A stretch of DNA of 64,000 bases from Candidatus Woesebacteria bacterium (GCA_963784785.1 CAWASW010000003.1:51216-115215), one strand, 5' to 3'; counted from the first letter of the stretch, positions 28,752 to 39,144 are shown. The notes: generated by a model from the sequence alone, not told the origin. Numbers and translations: made by a program.

Positions 28752-30692
28752 ATGACAGCAGATCACAGACCAATCACTACTTTTGGAATTCGACCTCGAG
28801 AGTTTACTTCACTTCAAATATTGAATCAGATTGAAAAGACACAGAGACAAACTGAAAATTTAAGAGGCATGCTTTTGCAACCACAACCAGAAATCACAGT
28901 AAATATTGATGCCAGTCAACCAGTCAGAATCATAGAGGTATCAGACACACATTTGTTTACTGCTCTAACTAATTACGACTCTGTGAGAAAACTTTTTAAA
29001 AAATTTGAAGACCCCTATACATTGATGGTAGTGTGCGGTGACTTTTTGGAATTTGCTAATCCTGGAATAGGATCTCATATTGGTGAGGTTATGCTGTCTG
29101 GTGGAGATCAAATGAGATTAGGCAAAAAGTTTTTGAGGCAATATGCAGAAAGCGGTCAGTTATTAGGAATGGTGGCTGTGTTTAATGGGCATGAAGGTTG
29201 GGCAGAGAAAAATGCAACCATTAACGCAGTAGTTAATATGGCTGATGACTTGTATCATCCAGACGGTTCACCGGTGCAAACACTTATTAACGGTGGTGAC
29301 ATTGTCATTAAATTGCCAAATAAAAAAATATTTAGATTTAGTGAATTTCATAACGCTGGCGTTGGTGGATCGGATGATATTAATCCTCTTGGGTCAGAGA
29401 GATACCAAGGATGGAAAAGACCATTAAATTCTGACGATAGGGCTGATGCAGTTGTTGGTGGGCATATGCATCATAGAGCTGCAGTAAGCAAGGAACGTGT
29501 TTTAAATAAATTGAATGGTAAAACAGAAACAATTGTTTACATGGCTTTGGGAACGCATAAATCCATTGAAAGAAAAAAGCCTGACGGTTTTATCAATGCC
29601 ATGGGTAAGGAAGAAAACAAAAAACCTGGCGCTGGTATTGTTCTAAATTTTAGTAACTCGGAACATTCTTCTTGGACGACCTTTGGATATGACAAACTTG
29701 GTCATATGTATAGAGCTGCAAAACTTTGGGATAAAGCGGAGAGAAGCGGAATTACAGAAGAATTGCATCAAAAAGTTATGGACAGAAATCCAAAACCTGA
29801 AATTAAATTTGAGAGATCAAAATCTAGAGCTCAAACTAACGAAGACGATGAAGTCAAAGTCCCGTTGTTTGAGCTGGCGAGATGGAAATCTTCAAACGGT
29901 GAATTACCGGTGGCAGTATATTTTTTAGGTAACGCTAGATATGGAAGTACAAGTGGAGAGCGAGATAGAGAAAAGTTTAAAGCTGTTGTAAATATTGTGT
30001 CAAAAAACAATCTCGCTTGTTTAGTTGGAATGAGGCATCTAATTGACAACGGAGTGGGATCTCTACTTGATAGAAAAGGTGTGCTCTCCGAAATGGCTGA
30101 TGATTTGAGACCGGCCTATGACTCTAATTCACTGTTGGGTATTGTGTTATCATCTTCGCTTAGAAATAATGCGTGGAAGAGAGATCTAAAAGATGATGGT
30201 AAAGTCTACCCAGGGTTCTTACCTGGTAATTTGCTATATAAAAAGCTGTTGCCAAAAACACCACTGCTTTTAAATGAATCAATTTTGACGTTTGCTATGA
30301 ATGGTTTTGAATATAACATGCTTTTGATGGATAGGTTGCAAGGATCTGGGAGTTTCTTTGATCCATTTAGGGGACTTGTTCAATCTCACAGGAAAACTCA
30401 ACTTGGTTTGGATGTTGTTGCCGGAGGACATATGATGGGTTCAGGATTCATGCAAACTGAAAAAACTGTGTATATTGCACCAGGATGGTTTTCAGATTTT
30501 GATTCAGGTGGAAAAGGAAATCAAAAGAGAGTTACAGAAGGTGGACAGGCAGTTATACTTTTACCAAAAGATAAAGGCGTAATTCCTGCGTCGTCTCTTA
30601 CTGAAGCCGTTGATATTCACACTGCTTTAACTTTGAAGTTTGGATTAACTGATAAAGAAAAGGCTTCGTTAATGAGACGAAAAGTTAGATAA
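28752..30692 (+). CDS. Large calcineurin-like metallophosphoesterase. The N-terminal MPP domain has complete motifs and the C-terminal half is a degenerate second MPP-like domain.
   Basis: 'SDTH', 'CGDFLEF', 'NGHEG' and 'GGHMHH' in the N-terminal half; 'GNARYG' and 'AGGHMMG' in the C-terminal half. Confidence 0.55.
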   Translation: MTADHRPITTFGIRPREFTSLQILNQIEKTQRQTENLRGMLLQPQPEITVNIDASQPVRIIEVSDTHLFTALTNYDSVRKLFKKFEDPYTLMVVCGDFLEFANPGIGSHIGEVMLSGGDQMRLGKKFLRQYAESGQLLGMVAVFNGHEGWAEKNATINAVVNMADDLYHPDGSPVQTLINGGDIVIKLPNKKIFRFSEFHNAGVGGSDDINPLGSERYQGWKRPLNSDDRADAVVGGHMHHRAAVSKERVLNKLNGKTETIVYMALGTHKSIERKKPDGFINAMGKEENKKPGAGIVLNFSNSEHSSWTTFGYDKLGHMYRAAKLWDKAERSGITEELHQKVMDRNPKPEIKFERSKSRAQTNEDDEVKVPLFELARWKSSNGELPVAVYFLGNARYGSTSGERDREKFKAVVNIVSKNNLACLVGMRHLIDNGVGSLLDRKGVLSEMADDLRPAYDSNSLLGIVLSSSLRNNAWKRDLKDDGKVYPGFLPGNLLYKKLLPKTPLLLNESILTFAMNGFEYNMLLMDRLQGSGSFFDPFRGLVQSHRKTQLGLDVVAGGHMMGSGFMQTEKTVYIAPGWFSDFDSGGKGNQKRVTEGGQAVILLPKDKGVIPASSLTEAVDIHTALTLKFGLTDKEKASLMRRKVR

Positions 30693-31012
30693 TGAAAGAT
30701 ACTGATTTTAGATACAAGGTCGTTACTCAGAATATGGAATCATTGGGGCTTCGTAAAAATCCTAATATTATGAAATTTGTTGAAGGTAAATGGATTGAAT
30801 TAGAGGCAGATCAAATTCAATATGGGAACGGTGATTGGGGCGGAATTTGGGTGGCAAGAGCAATCGGAGGTGCAAATACCCTTCATAAATATATGGAAGA
30901 AAAACATCATCAAATATGTTTAGTATATAAATGCGAAATTGGAGATGTACTTTATGAAAATTCTTACAGAATTAAAACAAATAAAGTTAAGTTGGTTTCA
31001 AGAATTAAATGA
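30692..31012 (+). CDS. Hypothetical protein (106 aa)
   Basis: ORF start/stop-coupled with the upstream gene (ATAATG). Confidence 0.4.
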   Translation: MKDTDFRYKVVTQNMESLGLRKNPNIMKFVEGKWIELEADQIQYGNGDWGGIWVARAIGGANTLHKYMEEKHHQICLVYKCEIGDVLYENSYRIKTNKVKLVSRIK

Positions 31013-31042
31013 ACCTTTGTTTCTGATGATATAATCTCCTTA

Positions 31043-32701
31043 ATGGCCAATAATCAAATTGACGAAGTTAAAAATAAAACTGATATTGTATCTCTCATTT
31101 CTGAATACATTGAAGTTAAAAAGGCTGGCAGAAACTACAAGGCCAATTGTCCATTCCATGGTGAGAAGACTCCATCGTTTATGATTACTCCAGAACTCCA
31201 AATGTATAAATGCTTTGGTTGTGGAAGGCATGGCGACGTTTTCACTTTTCTTGAAGAACATGAGGGGATGGAATTCTCGGAAGCTTTAAAATATTTAGCT
31301 GAAAAAGCAGGGGTAACGCTAACCTTAGTTAAAAATGAAGAGACTTCAGAAAAAGAAAAAATAATTGAAATAAATAAGTCTGCATTAAATTTTTACGATT
31401 ATGTTCTGCATGAACATGAATCGGGAAAAAAAGTTTTGGAGTACCTCAAAAAAACTAGGGGACTTGGTGATGATTCTATTAAACTTTTTAAACTTGGTTA
31501 TTCTCCAGAAAGTTTTGATGCCTTATCAAATTATTTAATTCAAAAAAAGAAATTAAATAAAAACGATTTAGAAAAAGCTGGACTATTAGTTGGACGTGGA
31601 ATTGACAGATTTAGAGGTCGTGTAATTTTTCCTCTTTCAGATCATCGAGGAAATATTGTAGGTTTTGCAGGTAGAATTTTGCCATGGGTAAATCAAGACA
31701 TGGCAAAATACATAAATTCTCCTGATACTCCTGCATACCATAAATCCCATATTTTATATGGAATGGATATTACCAAATCTGAAATTAGAGATAGTAAGTT
31801 TGCTGTAATAGTTGAAGGAGAACTAGATATGATTTCCTCATATTCGGCTGGAATTAAAAATGTAATTGCAATTAAAGGTTCAGCACTTACTGAAGATCAA
31901 CTCAGGTTAATTGGAAGATTTTGTAAAAAAATTGTTCTCTGTTTGGACTCAGATTTTGCAGGAGATGAAGCTGCTAAAAGAGGATCTGTAATGGCGGTTA
32001 ATATGGGATTTGAAGTAAAAGTTGCTCACTTAGAGGGTTATAAAGACCCTGATGAAATTGCCAAAAAAGATCCAGAAGCTTACAAAAAAGCAATTGTTAA
32101 CGCAGTTGATATCTGGGAGTTTTTAATAAATTCTGTATTTAATAAATACGATTCAGGAACTGGAAATGGAAAATCTGCAATAAGTAAAGAAATAATTCCA
32201 TTACTAAGATTAATCGATGACAAAATTGTGCAAGCATTTTATGTGGAAATTGTTGCTAGAAAATTATCTGTTCCTACAGATGTCGTTATTAGTGAAGTGA
32301 ACAGGGTCGCTGCTGAAAATAGTAACCCAAAAACTAGTTTATCTGTAGACAAAATAAGCAAAACAAGAAGGGAGTTGCTAGAAGAAAAATTGTTAGTAAA
32401 TTCTCTCGATAAAGTAATTGAAATTCCTAAAGAATTAATTTCTTCAAAATTTATATTAAAAATTATTGATTACCTTTTGATAAATAAATTTCCATTACCA
32501 AAAGAATTGGAAGAAGGATATGCTGATATGATCCTAGAAAATCCTGACAAGGAAGACACTAAGTTAATAATTAAAGAACTACTAATATTGGATACTAAAC
32601 AAAAATTAGAGGATTTAGGTGAAAGAATTAAAACAGAAAGTGATGATGAAGAGTTATTAAAAGAATTTAGTATTTTGAGCAAAAAACTTTCAACTCTTTA
32701 A
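31043..32701 (+). CDS. dnaG: DNA primase
   Basis: CHC2 zinc finger 'CPFHGEKTPSF...CFGCG' and a TOPRIM region. Confidence 0.9.
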   Translation: MANNQIDEVKNKTDIVSLISEYIEVKKAGRNYKANCPFHGEKTPSFMITPELQMYKCFGCGRHGDVFTFLEEHEGMEFSEALKYLAEKAGVTLTLVKNEETSEKEKIIEINKSALNFYDYVLHEHESGKKVLEYLKKTRGLGDDSIKLFKLGYSPESFDALSNYLIQKKKLNKNDLEKAGLLVGRGIDRFRGRVIFPLSDHRGNIVGFAGRILPWVNQDMAKYINSPDTPAYHKSHILYGMDITKSEIRDSKFAVIVEGELDMISSYSAGIKNVIAIKGSALTEDQLRLIGRFCKKIVLCLDSDFAGDEAAKRGSVMAVNMGFEVKVAHLEGYKDPDEIAKKDPEAYKKAIVNAVDIWEFLINSVFNKYDSGTGNGKSAISKEIIPLLRLIDDKIVQAFYVEIVARKLSVPTDVVISEVNRVAAENSNPKTSLSVDKISKTRRELLEEKLLVNSLDKVIEIPKELISSKFILKIIDYLLINKFPLPKELEEGYADMILENPDKEDTKLIIKELLILDTKQKLEDLGERIKTESDDEELLKEFSILSKKLSTL

Positions 32702-32732
32702 GTAAAGGCTATTCCTGAGTATAATATACAAC

Positions 32733-33812
32733 ATGATCCGAAAACAAGTAATTGAAATAATTAAAAAAGCAAGAGATCAGGGTTTTTTAACTCAAGAAGA
32801 GATACTAGAAATTTTCCCAGATGCTGAAAGCCGTATAAATGAACTGGATGATTTATATGATCAACTTCTTTCAGAAGGGATTGACGTTTTTGAGTCAGTA
32901 ACTACAGAAGATGGAGAATTGGGTGAAACTTCAAAAGATAAATTAGACAAAGAAATTGAGATGCTTACTCGTCTTGAAGGCATTGAGTCTACTGACCCAG
33001 TGAGACAATATTTAAGAGAAATTGGAAGAGTAACACTTTTAAATGCCGAAGAAGAAATTGAATATGCGAAACGTTATGAAAAGGCAGATAAAAGAGCTAA
33101 AGACAAATTAACTGAAAGCAATCTTCGTTTGGTTGTTTCAATTGCTAAGAAGTATATAGGACGAGGCCTGTCGCTTCTTGATTTGGTTCAAGAGGGCAAT
33201 CAAGGTCTTATTCGTGCAGTTGAGAAGTATGACTGGAGAAAAGGCTTTAAATTCTCAACCTATGCGACGTGGTGGATTAGACAAGCAATCACTAGGGCAA
33301 TTGCAGATCAAGCAAGAACAATCAGAATTCCAGTTCATATGGTAGAAACTATTAATAAACTTTACAGAATTAGTAGAAGACTTATGCAAGAATTGGGAAG
33401 AGAACCAACACCTGAAGAAATTGGAGCAGAAGTGGAACTTGATGCTGATAGAGTTCGAGAAATATTTAAAATTGCACAAGAAACAACTTCTTTGGAAGCG
33501 CCTGTTGGAGAAGATCAAGAAAGTATTCTTGGCGACTTTATTCCAGATGAAAGTCAGCTTTCACCAGTTGATCAGGCAAGTAAACAACTATTAAAAGATC
33601 ACTTGGATGAAGTATTGGGAACACTCACAGAAAGAGAGTCAAAGGTGCTAAAACTTAGGTTTGGATTAGAGGGAACAAAGCAAATGACCTTGGAAGAAGT
33701 TGGTAAAGTGTTTGGTGTTACAAGAGAAAGAATAAGGCAAATTGAGGCTAAAGCGCTCAGAAAACTTAAGCATCCATCTCGTCGTAAAAAACTTCAGGAT
33801 TATTTGGATTAA
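32733..33812 (+). CDS. rpoD: RNA polymerase sigma-70 factor (primary sigma)
   Basis: Region 2 '[38 protein letters not shown]' and region 4 HTH. Sits in the dnaG-rpoD operon. Confidence 0.95.
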   Translation: MIRKQVIEIIKKARDQGFLTQEEILEIFPDAESRINELDDLYDQLLSEGIDVFESVTTEDGELGETSKDKLDKEIEMLTRLEGIESTDPVRQYLREIGRVTLLNAEEEIEYAKRYEKADKRAKDKLTESNLRLVVSIAKKYIGRGLSLLDLVQEGNQGLIRAVEKYDWRKGFKFSTYATWWIRQAITRAIADQARTIRIPVHMVETINKLYRISRRLMQELGREPTPEEIGAEVELDADRVREIFKIAQETTSLEAPVGEDQESILGDFIPDESQLSPVDQASKQLLKDHLDEVLGTLTERESKVLKLRFGLEGTKQMTLEEVGKVFGVTRERIRQIEAKALRKLKHPSRRKKLQDYLD

Positions 33813-34330
33813 TATCGTTCTCCCCTTGGTTTTTCTACAAAAGGTCTGATTTCAGAGACGCCTGTAGGCATCTGTTTGTATGTAAATAGAATTTTGTCAA
33901 TATAATTACCTAAATCTCTATACAAATAAACATCATTTATTTCAATATCGTCAGCTGAAAGAGAGTGTCTCGATTCTTCGTCGATTGTTTTGACTGTAGT
34001 TCTTGCATGAACTATAACTGTTCCAATTTTTAATTGTTTCCATAATATGTTTGGCGCAAATGTTTTTACTTTTACAGCTTCGTCCCAGGAAAGCGATCTA
34101 ATATTAGTTGCGAAAAACGTTGTTGGTTCAAATCTAACGATTCTTCTGTCCGTAATGTAACTAATGTTTTTTTGTTGAAAATTTTTTACTAATTTTAATC
34201 CTAAAAAAATTGTTAGTATCGGTATTAATATCATTAGCAGGTAAAAGACGCTAGATAGATTACTAGCTTCATTTCCGATAAACATAAATATCAAAAAAGT
34301 AATTAAAGCAATTATAATAGTCTTAAACAT
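33809..34330 (-). CDS. Membrane protein with a bacterial PH (bPH_2/YdbS-like) domain
   Basis: Two N-terminal TMs then '[10 protein letters not shown]...KIGTVIV'. Confidence 0.5.
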   Translation of the reverse strand: MFKTIIIALITFLIFMFIGNEASNLSSVFYLLMILIPILTIFLGLKLVKNFQQKNISYITDRRIVRFEPTTFFATNIRSLSWDEAVKVKTFAPNILWKQLKIGTVIVHARTTVKTIDEESRHSLSADDIEINDVYLYRDLGNYIDKILFTYKQMPTGVSEIRPFVEKPRGERY

Positions 34331-34411
34331 ACCAAAAACAGCGGAAATTTGGTGAGGCTTTGTAACATAGAGTATCTTTTCACGGCTTAATGGAACTAAT
34401 GTGTTGTTTTT

Positions 34412-34939
34412 CTAATCCTGTTTTGTTTTATTATCGGCCTTCATTTTTTCAAAGTTGTAATAATATACAAACCATTTAAGGTAACTTTCCCAACGAGTCT
34501 TTTTAAGGCCTTTATGTCTTAACCATCTTTGTCCTATATGCCCAAATGTAGCTTCAATTTCATTTGTTGTTTTTGGCATAGTTGGGTGGTCTAAAAACTT
34601 GAATGAGGTTTTTGGAAGTTTAATTAGGATCCTGACAGCTTTTCTCACACCTTTATGAATATACCAACTGTGGCCAGAATCATCTGTCCTCATCTCTTTC
34701 AGAAAGAAGAAATTAGCCTTAACCCAATCTTTTAAGATTGTTTCCCAGTATTTCAAAGCTTCATGACTTTCTATGAACCAAATGTGGTTTGCAATTTTTA
34801 TTAATTCTTCAATTCTTCTATCTTTTGAGTGTCTACCAAGTGCATTTACAATATCTCTATGCATATGAGCAAGACATATCTGATGTGGAGAGTGGGGGAT
34901 ACACTTCATCAACCGCAGAACAAATGGCAGTTCCTCCAT
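34412..34939 (-). CDS. IS1-family transposase, C-terminal ORF (overlaps ORF1 in another frame; probable programmed frameshift)
   Basis: See the mobile element. Confidence 0.55.
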   Translation of the reverse strand: MEELPFVLRLMKCIPHSPHQICLAHMHRDIVNALGRHSKDRRIEELIKIANHIWFIESHEALKYWETILKDWVKANFFFLKEMRTDDSGHSWYIHKGVRKAVRILIKLPKTSFKFLDHPTMPKTTNEIEATFGHIGQRWLRHKGLKKTRWESYLKWFVYYYNFEKMKADNKTKQD

Positions 34940-35435
34940 CTGTTACAGAGCCTGAAAATGTGTATTTTAATTCCTCCTTTATGAACCTCAAATCCTTAAC
35001 TATTTTTGTTGAAGCCTCTCTACCAGCAATAGATACATGCAAAAGGTACAAAGTTCCACTTTGTCTATACAGCATCAAGACAAACCATCTTCCAAACCAA
35101 AGCCCATCAATCAAAAGATATGCAGTATCAATTCTTCCAGACAAAGTTTGATCAAATCTAGGAAGTTTTGGAGGATCAAGAAGCAATAACTTATGAAATT
35201 CACCCTCCAAATATCTTACAGACAAACCTGAGACAGAAGACAGCATTTCATATGTCAAACCCCACAAAATATACTGTCTGAAAAGATCAACTACTTTAAA
35301 ATCTTTCTTTTTATTGTGGTAAATTCTTGAAGTTTTACAAACTTTACAAAACCATCTTTTCTTTCCAGTTCCAGTCTTTCCCCACAGAAACATTTTACTA
35401 TTACAGGATATGCACAAAAGTGTTCTTTGACCCAT
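34857..35435 (-). CDS. IS1-family transposase, N-terminal ORF (InsA-like zinc finger/HTH plus the first DDE Asp)
   Basis: See the mobile element. Confidence 0.6.
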   Translation of the reverse strand: MGQRTLLCISCNSKMFLWGKTGTGKKRWFCKVCKTSRIYHNKKKDFKVVDLFRQYILWGLTYEMLSSVSGLSVRYLEGEFHKLLLLDPPKLPRFDQTLSGRIDTAYLLIDGLWFGRWFVLMLYRQSGTLYLLHVSIAGREASTKIVKDLRFIKEELKYTFSGSVTDGGTAICSAVDEVYPPLSTSDMSCSYA

Positions 35436-35558
35436 TGAATACTATTCAAACTCAAAATGAGGCGTATTATCAACTATATCTTTCTGTTATATCAACACAC
35501 TATGCTATTAAGCCCTTTTCACCCTCTTGCTGTCCGTAAAAAAGATTTTCGGTGTTAA

Positions 35559-35930
35559 TCATATACTCAAGTTAGATTCTATCAGAGGAATGTTCAATTT
35601 GCTTTCTGGAAAAGTCATTACTTTTATTCTAGTTTCAAGATTTAATATTTCTTTCTCCACAGCAGTTAATTCTTTTTGAGGCTCTGGTGTTGTGCTGTTT
35701 ACAATGTTTGGTTTTTTTAAGATAGTATCTGTACTTTGCTGATTGTTTCTAAAAGGGGATAACAATAGCCCCAACACTATAATTATAAGCATAACACTGA
35801 AAAGTGATCCTATACCTATATAAAGGATCTTTTTTATCTTTGGATTAGGTATTAGTACTGTTACTTTATTGTCTAATGATAAAAGACCAATAGCTAAAGA
35901 CTGTTTTGCTTTTTCAAATATATCTTTCAT
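35559..35930 (-). CDS. Hypothetical membrane-anchored protein
   Basis: ORF with an N-terminal TM. Confidence 0.4.
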   Translation of the reverse strand: MKDIFEKAKQSLAIGLLSLDNKVTVLIPNPKIKKILYIGIGSLFSVMLIIIVLGLLLSPFRNNQQSTDTILKKPNIVNSTTPEPQKELTAVEKEILNLETRIKVMTFPESKLNIPLIESNLSI

Positions 35931-37153
35931 CTTTTGTTTGATATTATATTTTCCAATTCTTTAACAAAACCATTTAATTTAAGTAAGCTTGTTTTCGAAG
36001 GACTGAGTTCTTCATTAGCCTTGTTATATGCTGATGATCGCTCATATTCATCGTTACCAAGTATCTTGTCTATTTGAGTTTGGGTCAATGATTCAATGTT
36101 TGATACAGTAGATAATTCTTGGTTAATATCTTTAAACCATCGATCAAATATCCCTGAATCTGCTCGGCCAAGTTTTATGAGTTGCTCTGACTCGTTTTTA
36201 AGACTTGAAAAGATTTTAATATGATCGTTCTTTGTTGTTCTAACTTCACCTAAGCTAATTTGAGACAGTGATAAATATATAACAGGTAAGGTCTCGTTAT
36301 TGTATCTAGTATCTTCATCTTTTGACTTAGCTAACATGTTTTCGACATTTTCTGAATTCGAATAAGCATTTTTTTGGGATATATATAAATTAACTTCTGA
36401 ATCAATTTTTGAATAAATTGATTCTTTTGCAGATTTGTCTATTCCTTGTGACTCTGACATCTTGACTCTGATCATTGTTAAATAATTTTTAATCAATTCG
36501 TCTCTAGACTTCAAAAAATTAGCCAAAGCAATTCTTAGCTCCTCTTTTAATGACAGCGTCTTATTCTGTTGATATGCTGCTCTTTTTAAGTTAAAGTCGA
36601 ACAGATCTTTTTTGTAGTTATCTTCAGAAAAGATATAATCTTCTCTTGCTTTGGAGAAGTTAAAATCTTGCGCAAAAACGTTTTTGACGCTATTTTGAGG
36701 GTTCAATTTCCAAATCGAAAAGTTAAGCATAGAAGCAAAACTGATCCATAATAGATAAGGTATAAGTAAATATGCTGAGATCCTGTTTGTTTTTAACAAT
36801 CTTTTTGTAATAATGATGAGAGATATATCCATCATTAAAATTATTAAAAAGGCTAATCCTAAATTTTTAAGTCCAAAGAAGATTGGCGACCAAATTGCAT
36901 TAAGAACTAGATGAAAAAAGAATAACTTTAAATCTCCTTTTTTGATCCATATTTTATACAAAGAAATTCCGATTAAAGTATAAAGAATTGTCCAAACAGG
37001 TCCAAATAACCAATTTGGAGGTGAAAAAGATGGCTTATTTAAAAATGCATACCAAGTAGGAATGGCGTTAATGGTAAAGAAAGTTCCTACAAATCCTGCA
37101 GATTGGCTTATGAGTATTGAAATCAATAATTTGGGCCACGATTTAACTTTCAT
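35927..37153 (-). CDS. tspO: TspO/MBR (tryptophan-rich sensory protein) family membrane domain fused to a ~250-aa C-terminal soluble domain
   Basis: 'FSPPNWLFGPVWTILYTLIGISLY' canonical TspO motif, with 5 TMs. Confidence 0.6.
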   Translation of the reverse strand: MKVKSWPKLLISILISQSAGFVGTFFTINAIPTWYAFLNKPSFSPPNWLFGPVWTILYTLIGISLYKIWIKKGDLKLFFFHLVLNAIWSPIFFGLKNLGLAFLIILMMDISLIIITKRLLKTNRISAYLLIPYLLWISFASMLNFSIWKLNPQNSVKNVFAQDFNFSKAREDYIFSEDNYKKDLFDFNLKRAAYQQNKTLSLKEELRIALANFLKSRDELIKNYLTMIRVKMSESQGIDKSAKESIYSKIDSEVNLYISQKNAYSNSENVENMLAKSKDEDTRYNNETLPVIYLSLSQISLGEVRTTKNDHIKIFSSLKNESEQLIKLGRADSGIFDRWFKDINQELSTVSNIESLTQTQIDKILGNDEYERSSAYNKANEELSPSKTSLLKLNGFVKELENIISNKR

Positions 37154-37171
37154 AGTATTATAATATCAGAA

Positions 37172-37723
37172 ATGAAACAGTTTGTATCGAGGGCTGGCAA
37201 CAAATTGCAATTTGCGTTAGATGAATTTAAGTTTGACGTAACAGGACTAATTACCGCGGATTTTGGATCGTCTACAGGCGGTTTTGTGGATTGCCTTTTG
37301 CAAAATGGAGCAGGGAAAATTTATTCGATAGATACATCATATGGAGAGCTCGCTTGGACGCTTCGAAATAATCCAAAAGTAGTTGTGATGGAGAGGACAA
37401 ATGCTATGCATGCGAAACTTCCTGAACAGGTTGATTTAATAACCATTGATACTGCTTGGACAAAACAAATTTTAACAATTCCAAATGCTTTAGATAATTT
37501 AAAATCTGATGGTTCTATTATTTCTTTGATCAAACCTCATTATGAAGCGCAACGAGAATGTCTTGAGAAGGGAAGATTAAAAGACGAATATGTTGACGAA
37601 GTTTTAGAAAAAGTAAAAAACGATATCATTGCTGTCGGTGGAAAAGTAATTAATATTGTCGAATCACCAATAGTAGGAGAAAAAGGCAAAAACAGAGAAT
37701 TTTTGGTTTTGGTTACAAAGTAA
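37172..37723 (+). CDS. tlyA: TlyA-family rRNA 2'-O-methyltransferase (FtsJ-like, without S4 domain)
   Basis: 'GSSTGGFVDCLLQNGAGKIYSIDTSYGELAWTLRNNPKVVVMERTN' closely parallels the TlyA core. Confidence 0.65.
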   Translation: MKQFVSRAGNKLQFALDEFKFDVTGLITADFGSSTGGFVDCLLQNGAGKIYSIDTSYGELAWTLRNNPKVVVMERTNAMHAKLPEQVDLITIDTAWTKQILTIPNALDNLKSDGSIISLIKPHYEAQRECLEKGRLKDEYVDEVLEKVKNDIIAVGGKVINIVESPIVGEKGKNREFLVLVTK

Positions 37724-39086
37724 TTTCTTCTTCAAGCTTTGGAAGATTTATATCGGTGATACCCAGTTCTTTTTCTACCTTTTCCTTAAAATTAATTCTA
37801 GAATGATCATCTCCGTGTGTGAGAACTAATTTCTTAACTCCTTTAATTGCTTTTAACCATTCAAAAAGTTGAGATTGATCTGCGTGCGAGCTTAGACCTT
37901 GAGTATCGTGGACTGATCCGTTCACTAATACTTTTTGACCATCAATTATAACTTCTGTTTTGCCATTTAGTAGTTCTCTGCCGAGGGATCCTTCGCCTTG
38001 ATATCCTACGATCATTAATCTTGTCGATTTCAAAGGTAAATAATAAATTGCATGACCTACTATTCTTCCTCCTGTCATCATTCCTGCCCCTGCAATTATT
38101 ACTTTCGCTTCTTGCCTTTGGTGTAGCGCTTGGCTGGCTCTCCAATCCTTGGTTACTTCAAGTCCTGGAAAATCAAACATTTCACCTAATTTATATTCTG
38201 CTTCAATGTGCGGATTAAAATATTTTGGATAATCAACATAAATTTTAGTTGCTTTCTCGGCCATCGGGCTATCCAATATAATTGGTGTTTCGTTTAAAAC
38301 TTTTCCCTCCTTTTTTAAATGCATAATCATATGCAGTAGTTCCTGTGCTCTATCTAGAGAAAAGGAAGGGATAAGCAGAGTTCCTCCGTTAATTTCAATA
38401 GCATTTATTTCTGATTGCAAAGCTTCAATTGGACTTTCCACTGGATGAAGCCTATCTCCATAGGTTGTTTCCATAACCACAGCGTCGCTTGAAGTTAAAA
38501 ACTCAGTTTTATCCTCCAGATATGCTGGAAAATTTCCAATGTCTCCGCTAAATACAATTTTTTTGATATCGGTTGTAGCTTTTGTATCGGTAACTGAAAG
38601 GGAAGCAGCTCCTAATATGTGACCAGCATCATATAATGTAGCTATAAAGTCTCCAATATGAATCTCTTGATGGTATTCAATCACAACAAAATGTTTAACC
38701 AGATCAATAACATCTTTGGTTGAATAAAGAATACTTCGTCCAGAGGACGATCGTCCTCTGGACGAATCTTCCTTTGCAATTTTTGCGCTATCCAAAAGAG
38801 AAAGCTCTGCAAGATCTCTGGTTGGAGGAGTCATATAGATATTGCCACTAAAACCTTTTTGCATAACAATCGGCAGTCTTCCACAGTGATCTAAATGAGC
38901 GTGAGTTAGGATAATTCCTGATAACTTAGAGATATCGAAATCAAAAGGTTCGTAATTTAATTTCTCAATTTCTGGTGGACCTTGAAACATACCTAAATCA
39001 ATTAAAATTGATTGTCCTGAATCTGATGTTAAAACATATGAAGATCCAGTTACTGTCCCAGCCGCACCGAGAAATTTTACTTTCAT
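37713..39086 (-). CDS. MBL-fold beta-CASP family hydrolase (RNase J/CPSF-like ribonuclease)
   Basis: 'HAHLDHCG' (HxHxDH) plus beta-CASP and C-terminal His motifs. 457 aa. Confidence 0.7.
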   Translation of the reverse strand: MKVKFLGAAGTVTGSSYVLTSDSGQSILIDLGMFQGPPEIEKLNYEPFDFDISKLSGIILTHAHLDHCGRLPIVMQKGFSGNIYMTPPTRDLAELSLLDSAKIAKEDSSRGRSSSGRSILYSTKDVIDLVKHFVVIEYHQEIHIGDFIATLYDAGHILGAASLSVTDTKATTDIKKIVFSGDIGNFPAYLEDKTEFLTSSDAVVMETTYGDRLHPVESPIEALQSEINAIEINGGTLLIPSFSLDRAQELLHMIMHLKKEGKVLNETPIILDSPMAEKATKIYVDYPKYFNPHIEAEYKLGEMFDFPGLEVTKDWRASQALHQRQEAKVIIAGAGMMTGGRIVGHAIYYLPLKSTRLMIVGYQGEGSLGRELLNGKTEVIIDGQKVLVNGSVHDTQGLSSHADQSQLFEWLKAIKGVKKLVLTHGDDHSRINFKEKVEKELGITDINLPKLEEEITL

Positions 39087-39144
39087 ATTTATATTTATCT
39101 AATAAAAAGTATACAGTAAATGTAATTTAAAGTAATATAAAGTT

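Larger units (their letters stand above)
34384..35514 (-). mobile_element. IS1-family insertion sequence (copy A, intact, 1131 bp). Has ~23-bp imperfect terminal IRs (GGCTTAATrGmAcTAaTGTGTTG) and an 8-bp TSD CTTTTCAC.
   Basis: InsA-like zinc finger 'CISCNSKMFLWGKTGTGKKRWFCKVCK', and InsB-like DDE residues 'IDGLWFG', 'TDGG' and 'NEIEATFGHIGQRWLRHKG'. Two ORFs in different frames. 8-bp direct repeats flank the element. Confidence 0.6.

Noticed and set aside
34384-35514. Assignment of the two-ORF element to ISL3 or IS256
   Set aside because: The element is small (1.13 kb), has an InsA-like zinc finger and a split-frame transposase, and shows D..W.G/TDG/NxxE spacing like InsB with an 8-bp TSD. 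These fit IS1 better. ISL3 is kept only as an alternative in the finding text.
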